Shown one piece after another: positions 12,031 through 23,734 of a DNA stretch of 64,000 nt; positions within the stretch are counted from its first letter, which is position 1, and every line of letters begins with the position of its first letter. Source of the stretch: Mobula hypostoma (taxonomy: Eukaryota); the NCBI RefSeq assembly GCF_963921235.1, contig NC_086101.1:2792001-2856000 (forward strand). Reading direction: 5' to 3'. A program made the translations under genes and the position numbers. The notes under the pieces are model-generated. The model searched no databases and was not told where the DNA came from. It worked only from the letters and a program-made list of their open reading frames with translations.

Positions 12031-14145
12031 TACAAGCCGATAAGAGGCTCAGATTCAGTGGACAACAACAGACCTTTCCCCAGGGCAGAAATGGCGACTG
12101 GGAAAGGGCATCATTTTAAAGTGATTGGAGGAAGAGAGAGAGGAAATGTTAGAGATAGTTTTCTTACACAGTGGTGAGTGTGTGGAATGCCCTGACATGG
12201 GTGGTAATAGACATTTAGAAGCTCGTAGATACGCAGATGAATGACAGAAAAATGGAGCATTATGTGGGAGGGAGGCAGGGAAGAGGGAAGGAATTGTGGA
12301 AGCTTTGGGTCCAAACGCTGCTCCAGGACTGAGAGAGGTCAGCAGGATTAGACAGAAAAACACATTGACATGGACGAGATGTGCCAGAAGGCCTGTTTCT
12401 CTGCTGTAGTGCTATATGGTGCTGTGAAGGCAAAGTGGTGTTTCTTGTCATTTACACATAAAAGTTCTCGGGTGCAATGAAAACCTGCAGCAAATAACAT
12501 TATAAAAGCAACTATGTCGAGAAAACATGAATTAAACATAAATTGCTGCATAATTTTTACCAAGAAGAGCACAATTAGAACAAGATAATACAAAGCCCAT
12601 TTAGTGTAAAATTCAAGATTGAAGATGGTTTAATGTCATTTCCAGTAGAGAAGTGTAAAGGAGAATGAAATCATTGTTACTCCACATCCGATGCAGCATA
12701 CAAAAACACAGTAAGATAAAGAACACACCAAAAATTTAAAAAAATACAATAAGTTTAAATACATAAGGTAGGTTTTATATGCAGAGATTGATCAAATGTC
12801 CATAAAGTGACACTTGCCACAGGAATGTGTACATAAAGTGACTGACGGGAGATGATAAATTAGTGGTGGTTGGAAGTGTGGAATGATATAGGCCAGTGGG
12901 TGGAGGTTTAATCACCCTTACAGCCTTCTGCCTATTCTCAGTCTGTTGCATCTGGTCCAAGTCTCCCCCATTATAGGAAACACCCTCTCCACGGTCACTC
13001 TATTGAGGCCTTTCAAAATTCGATAGGTTTAATGAGATAGATTTCAATAGTCAAAGAACCTTGATCCATCAGTTTTTAGTCATGGAGAAACCGGTGGGTG
13101 GCTTTCTCTTCAATGGTGTTCACAGTAGAAGAGTGTTGGGTTGGTCTAAACTGGGGTGACAGAGCACAGAAACAGACCCTGCAGCCGCTGTGAGTTAACT
13201 AGCCCAGGTCTCCTTAAGCTGTTCTGACTCTTTGGTCCCGAGTTGTCTTCAGCAAGGCAGATGCCAGGAATTGAACACAATACTGGGGGAACACAGCACG
13301 TCAGCCAGCATCTGTGGAGAGGAATAAACAGTTGAAACTTCGGACTGATGGAGAGAGGGTCTGTGTTATGGGCCGGATTGTAAACACACTGCTGGGGAAC
13401 TCAGCACGTCAGGCAGCATCTATGAAGAGGTATAAACAGTCAACACTTTGGACCCAGAACCTCCCTTCATCAGTCCTGCAGCTGTGTTGTTCTGCATTTC
13501 CAGCATCTGCAGAATCTCGTGTTTATGGCCAGCGTTGTAAACTGATACATAATTTCTCCTGATTAGGGTCAATGTTCTGGCCCCGTTTGATAAGAACAGT
13601 ACACAAAACAATCTTTGTCTCGAGCACTCTCTGCCTTTGACTGCAGCTCCGTTGATTCAATGTTTGTTTTACCTTGACCCACTGTTCACGCTTTTTCTCC
13701 AAACCATCGCTGAAAAACCGGAACACTATTTTTACCTTGGGAAACCGAGGTAATGTGATCGTGCCGTCGGAACTGGAAGGGCCCATCATAGTGCCCCATG
13801 CAGCACAGAAGAATGATACTCGGGTAAGCTTGGCCATCTCTAGAGAGTAGGCAGCCCCCTCAGACTGATATTCAGATGTATTTATGACATGCACAGGGAA
13901 ACATACAGTGAAATACGTCGTTTGCATCAAGGACCAGCAGAATTCTAATGCTGTGCTGGGGACAGCCTGCAAATGTTGCCACGTGTGCCAATGCCAATGT
14001 AGCAATCCTACCATGCTTGGCAGAATAACACAACAAAATAACACCAGCAAGGCAACCAACCTCAGGAAAGGTCGCCTCTGGCCACTGACCACTGACCCCT
14101 GACCCCATTCCTTGGTCCTGGACTGCAGACATCAGGTTTCTACTT

Positions 14146-14277
14146 CCATTCCCTGGCCTGGACTCTCAGATACGTAGACATCACCCCTCCAACCTCCATT
14201 CCCTGGCCTGGACTCTCAGATACGTAGACATCACCCCTCCAACCTCCATTCCCTGTACTGGACTCTCAGATACGTAG
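14146..14277. repeat. 50-bp tandem repeat, about 2.6 copies
   Basis: CCATTCCCTGGCCTGGACTCTCAGATACGTAGACATCACCCCTCCAACCT at 14146 and 14196, with a partial copy at 14246. Confidence 0.9.
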
Positions 14278-14279
14278 GC

Positions 14280-15000
14280 TTTGGGGATTCTTGAAAGATT
14301 ATTACTAATGCCTCCACAATCTCTAATGCTACCTCTTTTAGAACGCTAGGGTGCAGTTCATCTGGTCCAGGTGAATTATGTACCTTTAGGTCTTTCAGCT
14401 TTTTGAGCACCTTCTCCCTTGTAATCGTGACTGCACCCACTTCTCTTCCCCTACACCATTCAACACCTAGCACACTGCTAGTGTCTTCCACAGAGAAGAC
14501 CCATGTAAAATACTCATTTCCTTCGTCTGCCATCTCCTTGGCTCTCATCATTATTTCTCCGGCTGCATTTTCTAGCGGTCCTACATCCATTTTAATCTCT
14601 CTTTTAGTTTTTTATATATGAGAAAAAACTGTGTCTATCCGCCTTGATATTGTTTGCCAGCTGGCTTTCATAATTCATCTTTGCCCTCATAAAGATGCTT
14701 TTAGTTCCTTTCTGTAGATTTTAAAAGCTTCCCAGTCCTCCATCATCCGACAAATTTTTGCTTTACTATACATCCTCTCTTTTGCTTTTACATTAACTTT
14801 GACTTCCCTTGTCAGCCACCGTTGTACTATTTTGTCATTTGAGTACTTTGTTTTTAGAATACATCTATCATACACTTTCTTCATTTTCCCAGTAACCTAC
14901 ACCACTACCGCTCTGCTGTCATCCCTACCAGAATCTTCTTCCAATTTACTTTGGCCAGCTCCTCTTTCTGTAATTTCCTTTACTCCACTGAAATTAAATA
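14280..15000 (-). mobile_element. CR1-type LINE fragment
   Basis: VGPLENAAGEI..EYF..SPGPDELHPSVLKEVALEIVEAL and WLTREVK..EDWEAFK. Confidence 0.8.
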
Positions 15001-15014
15001 AGTATTTTGTATCA

Positions 15015-16972
15015 TGTTCATTTTGGAAGACACCAGCAATGTGCCAGATGTTGAAGGGTGTGAGGAAAAAAAGGATGTTACTATTACAAGGGAGAAGGCG
15101 CTCAAAAAGCTGAAAGACCCAAGGGTACATATATAAGTCACCCAGACCAGATTAACTGCACCCTAGGGTTCTGAAAGAGGTAGCAGTAGAGATTGTGGAG
15201 GCATTTGTAATGATCTTTGAAAATTCATTGGAGCTTGGCATGGTTCCAGAGGACTGGAAAATGGCAAATGTCACTCCACTCTATAAAAAAGAAGGAAGGC
15301 AGGAGAGATGAAATTATGGACCAGTTAGCCTGACCTCAGTGGTTAGGAAGATGCTGGGGTCAATTGTTAAGGATGAGGCTATGAAGTATTTAGTGGCACA
15401 GGACAAGATAGGTCAATAGCAGTATAGTTTCCTTAAGGGAAAACCTTGCCTGAGGAACCTGTTGGAATTCTTTGAGATTACATGTAGGATAGATAAAGGG
15501 GATGTAGTGGATGTTATATATTTAGACTTTCAGAAGGTCTTTGACAAGGTGCCACACACGAGGCTGCTTACCAAGTTAAGATCCTGTGGTATTACAGGAA
15601 ATTTACTAACATCGTTAGAACATTGGCTGATTGGTAGGAGGTAGCGAGTGGAAATAAAAGGATCCTTGTCTGGCTGGCTGCCAGTGACTAGTGGTGTTCC
15701 GCAGGGGTCGGTGTTGGGACAGCTTCTCTTATGCTGTATATAAATGATTTAGATAATGAAAAAGATGGCTTTTCCATCATAGTTGCCAAGTTTGAAATGC
15801 AAATGAGACAAAGACTGGTGGAGGAGCAGATAGTGTTGAGGAAATAGGTAGGCTGCAGGAGGCCTTAGACAGATTAGGATAATAGACAAGAGAATGGCGA
15901 ATAAAATATAATGTTAGAAAATGGAAAGTCATAAATATGCGGACAATTTTCTAAATAGGGAGAAAGTCCAAAAATCTGAGCTGCAAAGTCCTTGTGCAGA
16001 ACACTCTGAAGGGTAACTTGTAGGCGTGGCCAAGTGGTTAGGGCGTTCGTCCAGTGATTTGAAGGTTGCTAGTTCGCACCTTGGCTGGGGTAGCGTGTTG
16101 TGTCCTTGAGCAAGGCACTTAATCACACATTGCTCTGCAACGACACTGGTGCCAAGCTGTATGGGTCCTAATGCCCTTCCCTTGGACAACATCAGTGTCG
16201 TGGAGAGGGGAGACTTGCAGCATGGGCAACTGCTGGTCTTCCATACAACCTTGCCCAGGCCTGCGCCCTGAAAACCTTCCAAGGCACAAATCCATGGTCT
16301 CATGAGACTAATGGATCCTTATAAAAAAAAAGGGCTGAGTCAGTGTTGAGGAAGGCAAATACCATGTTAGCATTCATTTCAAGAGGTCTAGAATACTAGA
16401 GCAAGGATGTGATGCTGAGGCTTTATAAGGCACTGGTGAGGCATCACCTTGAGTGTTGTGAACAGTTTTAGGTTCCTCATCTAAGAAACGATGTGCTGGT
16501 ATTGGAGAGGCTTCAGAGGAGGTTCACAAGGATGATTCCGGGAATGAAAGGATTATCTTGCAAGGAACATTTGATAGCTCTGGGCCTGTACTCACTGGAA
16601 TTTAGAAGTATGATGGGGATCTCATTGAATGTTGAAAGGCCTAGACAGAGTAGATGTGGAAAGGATGTTTCCCATGGTGGGAGAGTCTAGGACAAGAGGG
16701 CATAGCCTCACGATAGAGGGGCGTGCATTCAAAACAGAGATGCAGAGAAATTTCTTTAGCCAGAGAATTTGTAGAATTTATTACCACAGGCAGACGTGGA
16801 GGCCAGATTGTTGGGTGTGTTTAAGGCAGTGTTTTTGATCGAACACAGCATCAAAGGTTATTTAGAGAAGGCTGGGGAATGGGTGCTGAAGAGAGGGAAA
16901 AGCTATGATTGAATGGCAGAGCAGACTCGATTGGCCAAATGGCCTAATTCAGCTCCAATGTCTTATGGTCTT
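15015..16972 (+). mobile_element. Decayed CR1-type LINE with a nested SINE
   Basis: EFFE..VDVIYLDFQKVFDKVPH and QRRFTRMIPG, with a CR1 tail TCTTATGGTCTTA near 16960. Confidence 0.8.
16020..16331 (+). mobile_element. tRNA-derived SINE with a CORE-like central segment
   Basis: A-box TGGCCAAGTGG, B-box-like GCTAGTTCGCACC, CORE-like GTGTCCTTGAGCAAGGCACTTAA and an A-rich end at 16323-16331. It interrupts a CR1. Confidence 0.7.
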
Positions 16973-16980
16973 ATACATAT

Positions 16981-18782
16981 ACAAACAGGCTAAACACATA
17001 TACAAACAGAGAGTCGAGGAGCATTTCAACTCCTCAGAACCCCAGCGCACGTGGCATGGCATACAGGTCATTACAGAATTTAAACCACCTAGTTCTGTGC
17101 CCCCTTCCAGCTCTGCTTCCCTCCCTGATGAGCTCAATTACTTCTACGCTCGCTTTGACCGAGAGAACAAGGTCACCCTCAAAGCGGATCTCCCACCTGG
17201 TGAACTGCCTCTCTCACTTTCCACCTCTGACATTTGCACCACCCTGAGCAGGGTGAATGTACGGAAGGCAGCTGGTCCGGATGGAATATCACCCGTGTGC
17301 TCAGAGTCTGTGCAGGACAGTTGGCCGGGGTCTTCACAGACATTTTTAATCTGCCCCTGGCCCAGGCAGTGGTCCCCACAAGCTTCAAGATCGCCACCAT
17401 CGTGCCAGTGCTGAAGCATTCCACTGCCACGGGCCTGAATGACTTCCGCCCAATTGCACTCACCCCCACCATTGCAAAGTGCTTTGAGAGACTGGTTCTG
17501 TCACATCTGAAATCCTGTCTACCCTCTACACTGGACCCCCATCAATTTGCCTATCGCACCAACGGGTCAACAGAGGACGCCATCTCCACAGCACTTCACT
17601 CTGCCCTGACCCACCTGGACAGCCCCAACTCTTACGTCAGAATGCTGTTCATCGACTTTAGTTCAGCATTCAATACTATGATCCCCTCCAAGCTGACTGC
17701 CAAACTTCGCCAGCTTGGTATCAGCTCATCACTCTGCAATTGGACCTTGGACTTTCTGACTAACAGACCCCAATCAGTTAAGTTAGACAACCTCTCCTCC
17801 TCCACTCTCACCCTGAACACCGGCGTGCCTCAAGGCTGTGTGCTGAGCCCTCTTCTGTACTCCTTTTTTACCTATGACTGTGTTTCTAACTCCATAATCA
17901 AGTTTGCAGACGACACCACGGTGGTTGGTCTGATCAGAGGGGATGACGAGATGGCCTACAGGGACGAGATCCGGCACCTGGCCGCGTGGTGTGCTGACAA
18001 CAACCTGACCCTTAATACCCAGAAGACCAAGGAGATCATTGTGGACTTCGGGCATGCTAGGAGTCACACTCATGTCCCCATCTACATCAATGTAGTGGAG
18101 CGTGTATCAAGCTTCAAATTCCTTGGTATCCACATTTCCGAGGATCTCACCTGGTCCCTGAAATCCTCCATCCTGGTCAAAAAGGCACAACAGCACCTTT
18201 ATTTCCTGCGGAGCATCAAGAAAGCTCTCCTCTGTCCCAGGATACTGACGGACTTTTACCGCTGTACCATTGAGAGCATACTCACCAACTGCATCTCAGT
18301 GTGGTATGGCAATTGTCCCGTATCGGACCACAAAGCACTCCAGCATGTGGTGAAAACTGCCCAGCGGATTATTGGCACCCAATTGCCCACCATTGAGAAC
18401 GTCTACCATAAACACTGCCTGGGCAGGGCGAAAAGCATTATCAAGGATACATCTCACCCTAACCATGGACTTTTTACTCTCCTCCCATCCGGTAGGCGCT
18501 ACAGGAGCCTCCACTCCCGCACCAGCAGGCACAGGTAGAGCTTCTTCCCTGAGGCTGTGACCCTGCTGAACCTCACATCACAGCGTTAAGCAGTATTGCA
18601 CCCATATTGTACTGTCTCAGTACTTTTATATTTGTGTGCTGTAGCACTTACTTTTTATTCACAGTTATTTTGTAAATAACACTATTCTTTGCATTTCTGG
18701 TCAGATGCTAACTGTATTTCATTGGCTTTGTATCTGTACTCCGCACAGTGACAATAAAGTTGAATCTAATCTAATCTAATCT
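16981..18782 (+). mobile_element. Rex1/Babar-like LINE with a largely intact RT region
   Basis: ORF 17234-18538: [60 protein letters not shown] and an (AATCT)n tail end near 18782. Confidence 0.92.
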
Positions 18783-19635
18783 TATGGAAATACTGCTATG
18801 TCAGACTTTACTTTCTCCTTATCAAATTTCACGTTGAACTCAATCATATTGTGATCACTGTCTCCTAAGGGTTCCTTTACCTTAACCATCCTAATCGCTT
18901 CCGTTTCATTACATAACACCCAATCCAGTTTCATTATTAGGCTCAGCAGAAGCTGCTCTAAAAAACCATCCTGCAGGTATTCAACAAACTCACTCTTTTC
19001 AGTTCCATTACCAACCTGATTTTCCCAATCGACCTGCATGTTATAGTCTCCCATGACTAACATAACATTGCCATTTTGACACGCCTTTTCTATTTCCCAT
19101 TGTAACCTGTGGTCCACATCCCAGCCACTGTTGGGAGGCCTGTATATAACTGCCATCAGAGTCCTGTTACCCTTGCAGTTTCTTCACTCAACCCACAAGG
19201 ATTCAACATCTTCCGATTCTATTTCACATCTTTCTACTGATTTGTCGCCATTCTCTATCAGCAGATCCCCACCCCCTCTACCTACCTTCCCATCCCTCTG
19301 ATATAACGTGTAACCTTGTACATTCAGCTCCCAACTACAACCAACCTTCAGCCTCGATTCAGTGATGGCCGCAACTTCATATCTGGCAATCTGTAATATT
19401 GCAACAAGTTCATCCACCTTATTTCTTAACACCACGCACATTTAGATACACCACCTTGAGCACCGTATTTACTATCCTTTCTGACTCTGCATCCTTAATG
19501 TTTTGATACTCAGCCTGTTGGCTGTAACCAAGTCCTATCACCTGCCTGCCCTTCCTGACAGTCTGACTGCACGCTTTGTTTTTTTACCATCCGTCCTATC
19601 TTCACTACGGTTCCGATCCCCGGGCCAAATTAGTT
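18783..19635 (-). mobile_element. CR1-type LINE endonuclease region
   Basis: NKVDEL..AITES..GRGGG..ESLWVE and IYRPPN..MGDYN..LGDSDHN. Confidence 0.85.
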
Positions 19636-19744
19636 AGTGTTCAGCTTCAAGCGGTGTCTCATCACCATGGAATAATACCCGATGTCCAATGTGTTCAATA
19701 TTTTACAATGAGATGCCCCTGCCCCCAGCTTTCTAAACCCCAGA

Positions 19745-20176
19745 GAGTAGGCGGAGGCTCAGTGTTGCTCGCTCCGTCTTTGAGGTCCGAACTGAAAAAG
19801 TAGAGAGTCTTGCTGAAGGTTTGGAGATGAACCATCCCGTCTATATTGTAGAACCACAACTGTCCACCCTCGTAGTCCAAGTAGACACTCACCGTTCGGG
19901 TGCTAAGCCGGGTGCGGGGCTCCATCAGCGCCCCCTAGTCGCGGCCGTTCCGCAGCTACACTCTCCAGTACCCGGGCGACAGGCCATGGTGGCTCCACGC
20001 CCCAACTCTGCTTGCCGCCGGTTTCTACCTCCCGGGGGCGCCGGAAGCGAGAGCCCGCGCACACGTGGCAGCGACGAAAGCCGGACTCAGTCAGGGGCAG
20101 GCTGCCGTCGCCGTGGCAGCCACGAAGAGCAGGGGGAGGCGCTGAGCGGTATCGGGGCCAGGGCGGGGACCGGGGT
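19745..20176 (-). pseudogene. Decayed PRY-SPRY (B30.2) exon of a TRIM-like gene
   Basis: Motifs in different frames, PVPAL / PDTA / REVETGGKQSWGV / GYWRV*LRNGRD*GALMEP..TVSVYLDYEGGQLWFYNIDGMVHLQTF, are colinear with the intact exon at 54857-55506. It has two in-frame TAG stops, frameshifts and no acceptor AG. Confidence 0.8.
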
Positions 20177-20734
20177 AAAGCGTGAGAAGGGAGAAGTGGG
20201 TGGAAGAAAGAGGGGGCGTGGGTGAAGAAAGGGAGTGGGGTAAAGAGGGTAGAGAGTTCGGTCCACCGCTCCATCAGCCTTATCTCCCTGGTCTAATATA
20301 AATAAGGCGAGATCACCAACAAATTCTCCCCCCTCACCCAACTATTCCGCCGCAGACCGTCGGACCACTTCCCGATACGCACCATCCACTCCCCAACCTT
20401 CGATACCCTGACTAACTCAAAACATTATCAAACTAGGATTTGCATATTGTGACAAAGTGACAATGAATTCCACACATTCACTACCCTTTGACGAAAGAAA
20501 TTCCACACCTCAGTCACAGAACCAACAAAGCCGAGAGCTCCGGTATCCCCTCCGACGTCCCCACTCCCTCACTGTGGTACCATCCCCACCCGCGGGCGAC
20601 ACACGACCCACCCCACCGGAGGCCCGCAGCACAGAGACAATAATCCTCATCGTTACGTTCGCTTCCCCACTTTACCAGAGAACCTTCGATTTTCACAGCC
20701 TGGCCATCATCTCTCAGAGACCTTTACTTCCAGC

Positions 20735-22470
20735 CCACCGACCCCGCTGTCCCAGAATCCCCACACGTCCCATCCCCTCTCCCGACCCCGCTCTCCCAGA
20801 GATCCCACACTTCCCTTCTCCTCTCCCGACCCCGCTCTCCCAGAGTCCCCACACTTCCCATCCCCTCTCCCGACCCCGCTCTCCCAGAGTCCCCACACTT
20901 CCCATCCCCCTCCCGATCCCGCTCTCCCAGAGACCCCACACTTCCCATCCCCCTCCCGATCCCGCTCTCCCAGAGACCCCACACTTCCCTTCCCCTCTCC
21001 TGACCCCGCTCTCCCAGAGTCCCCACACTTCCCTTCCCCTCTCCTGACCCCGCTCTCCCAGAGTCCCCACACTTCCCTTCCCCCCTCCCGACCCCGCTCT
21101 CCCAGAGACCCCACACTTCCCTTCCCCTCTCCCGACCCCGCTCTCCCAGAGACCCCACACTTCCCTTCCCCTCTCCCGACCCCGCTCTCCCAGAGACCCC
21201 ACTTCCCATCCTCTCCCGACCCCGCTCTCCCAGAGACCCCACACTTCCCTTCCCCTCTCCCGACCCCGCTCTCCCAGAGATCCCTTCCCCTCTCCCGACT
21301 CCACTCTCCCAGAGACCCCACACTTCCCTTCACCTCTCCCGACCCCGCTCTCCCAGAGTCCCCACACTTCCCATCCACTCTCCCGACCCCGCTCTCCCAG
21401 AGACCCCACACTTCCCTTCCCCTCTCCCGACTCCGCTCTCCCAGAGACCCCACACTTCCCTTCTCCTCTCCCGACCCCGCTCTCCCGCAAACCCCACACT
21501 TCCCTTCCAATCTCCCGACCCCGCTCTCCCAGAGACCCACGCTTCCCTTCCCCTCTCCCGACCCCGCTCTCCCAGAGACCCCGCACTTCCCTTCTCCATC
21601 CGACCCCGCTCTCCCAGAGACCCCACACTTCCCTTCCCCTCTCCCGACCCCGTTCTCCCAGAGTCCCCATCCTTCCCTTCCCCTCTCCCGACCCTGCTGT
21701 CCCAGAGTCCCCACACTTCCCATTCCCTCCCGACCCCGCTCTCCCAGAGACCCCACACTTCCCTTCCCCTCTCCCGACCCCGCTCTCCCAGAGACCCCAC
21801 ACTTCACTTCCCCTCTCCCGACCCCGCTCTCCCAGACACCCCACACTTCCCTTCCAATCTCCCCACCCCGTTCTCCCAGACACCCACACTTCCCATCCCC
21901 TCTCCCGACCCCGCTCTCCCAGAGTCCCCACACTTCCCATCCCCTCTCCCGACCCCGCTCTCCCAGAGACCCCACTTCCCATCCCCTCTCCCGACCCCAC
22001 TCTCCCAGAGTCCCCACACTTCCCTTCCCCTCTCCCGACCCCGGTCTCCCAGAGACCCCACACTTCCCTTCCAATCTCCCGACCTCGCTCTCCCAGAGTC
22101 CCCACATTTCCCTTCCCCTCTCCCGACCCCGCTCTCCCAGAGACCCCACACTTCCCTTCCAATCTCCCGACCTCGCTCTCCCAGAGTCCCCACATTTCCC
22201 TTCCCCTCTCCCGACCCGCTCTCCCAGTCCCCACTACTTCCCTTCCCCTCTCCCGACCCCGGTCTCCCAGAGACCCCACACTTCCCTTCCCCTCTCCCGA
22301 CCCCGGTCTCCCAGAGACCCCACACTTCCCTTCCAATCTCCCGACTCGCTCTCCCAGAGTCCCCACACTTCCCTTCCCCTCTCCCGACCCCGCTCTCCCA
22401 GTCCCCACTACTTCCCTTCCCCTCTCCAGACCCCGGTCTCCCAGAGACCCCACACTTCCCTTCCCTCTCC
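20735..22470. repeat. 44-bp C-rich minisatellite, about 39 copies
   Basis: Unit CCCGACCCCGCTCTCCCAGAGACCCCACACTTCCCTTCCCCTCT, with copies starting at 21131 and 21175. Confidence 0.95.
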
Positions 22471-23413
22471 GAAACCCGGTCGCCCAGCGACCCCTCTCAC
22501 CCTTATTCTCTTCCGACTTCCGTCCCCCAGAGATGCTCCACCCTCACTCTCCTACCTTTTCCCCCAAAGACCCCACTCTCACCCAAATACCCTCCCCTCC
22601 CCGCACTGCCAGAGTCCCCTCCATTCTACCCTCCCCTCCCGACCCCTCTTTTCGAGGGTCCCCTCCATTCTCCCGCTCCCCTCTCGCCCCTCCTCTCCCC
22701 GATACCCCCTCCCGATCCCGCCCTTCTAGAAACCCCTCTCATCCCACAGTCCTGACCCCGCTCTCCCAGAGACCTCTCCCTTCCCCTTCACTTGCGAACC
22801 GGCTTTCCCGGAGACCTCTTCCGATCCCGCTCTCTCTCCCACCCCTTTGCCCCAACGACTCACCTCCTCCGAATGCCTCTCCCATCCTCAAACCCTCCCT
22901 TCCCCGCTCTCCTCGAAACTTTTCCCTTCGCCCTTCAGTCCCGAAGCCGCTCACCCGGAGACTCCACTCTTCCCCCGCCCTCTGAACCTGCTGTCTCTGA
23001 GATCCCTCTCTTGCCCGCTCTCGTTCCCCTCCTCTCCCCTCCCAATCCCGCTCTCTTAGAGACCCCTCACTTCCCTTATCACTCCCAATCCCACCCTGCT
23101 AGTGCCCCTCCTTCCCCTTTCCCCATCGATGCCCCACAGCCGGAGACACGCCTCTTTCGTCCTCTTCCCCCCTGCCGACCGCGGTCTCTCAGAAACCCGA
23201 ATCCTGCACCCTACCAAACCGGCCCACTGAGAGACCCTTTTTATCCCGCTCCCCTCGAGACCTCTCTCCCCCAGAGACCCCCGACCCCGATCGCCTGGAG
23301 ATGTCTCTCATCCCCCTCCCTTCCCGACTACGCTCTCACAGACACCCCCACCCCTTTACTTCCCCGCTGTTCCAGAGACCCTCCCCTTCTCTGTCGTACA
23401 TTCGTTGTGGTTT

Positions 23414-23505
23414 GGAATTTTCCCTCATTGGCTCCTAAATAGGATCACGGCCTATGTGTTTGATTGCAGAATTGTTGGTGGGAAACCAAGCTTCTGGGAA
23501 TTCCC
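23414..23505. promoter_or_regulatory. Candidate regulatory module (NF-kB-like, CCAAT, CArG, NF-kB)
   Basis: GGAATTTTCCC 23414-23424, ATTGG 23427-23431, CCTAAATAGG 23434-23443 and GGGAATTCCC 23496-23505, in a short non-repetitive island. Motif match only. Confidence 0.35.
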
Positions 23506-23734
23506 TTACACGAGTAAAGCTACAGATTATTCTCGTTCCCCGGCTCTCCCGTTCGTTCGTTCCTCCCTCCATCTCTCTCTCCCTCTGTCCAATGCCTCCC
23601 TTTTCCCTCCTTTCCTCTCTCTCCCCGACTCTGACATTTTCTCTCGCCCTCTCTCCTCCCTCTCCGCCTCTCCCTCTCTTTATTGTCACCCTCTCCCTCC
23701 GTTGCTCTCCCATCCTCTCGCCTTCCGTTCCCCC

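Noticed and set aside
13770..13830. Faint + strand resemblance to TRIM exon 5 (AAGGGCCCAT..ATGCAGCA..ATGAT followed by GTAAGC)
   Set aside because: Too short, no conserved reading frame and no partner exons. Could be chance.
16020..16095. Possible tRNA gene
   Set aside because: The A and B boxes continue into a SINE body and A-rich tail, and I could not fold a clean cloverleaf.
20240..20445. Possible snRNA gene driven by an octamer and a PSE-like sequence on the minus strand
   Set aside because: No recognisable snRNA body at the expected position.
20707..22453. Long minus-strand ORFs of 480 and 579 aa
   Set aside because: They are translations of a 44-bp minisatellite that cycles through all frames, with no domain or splice support.
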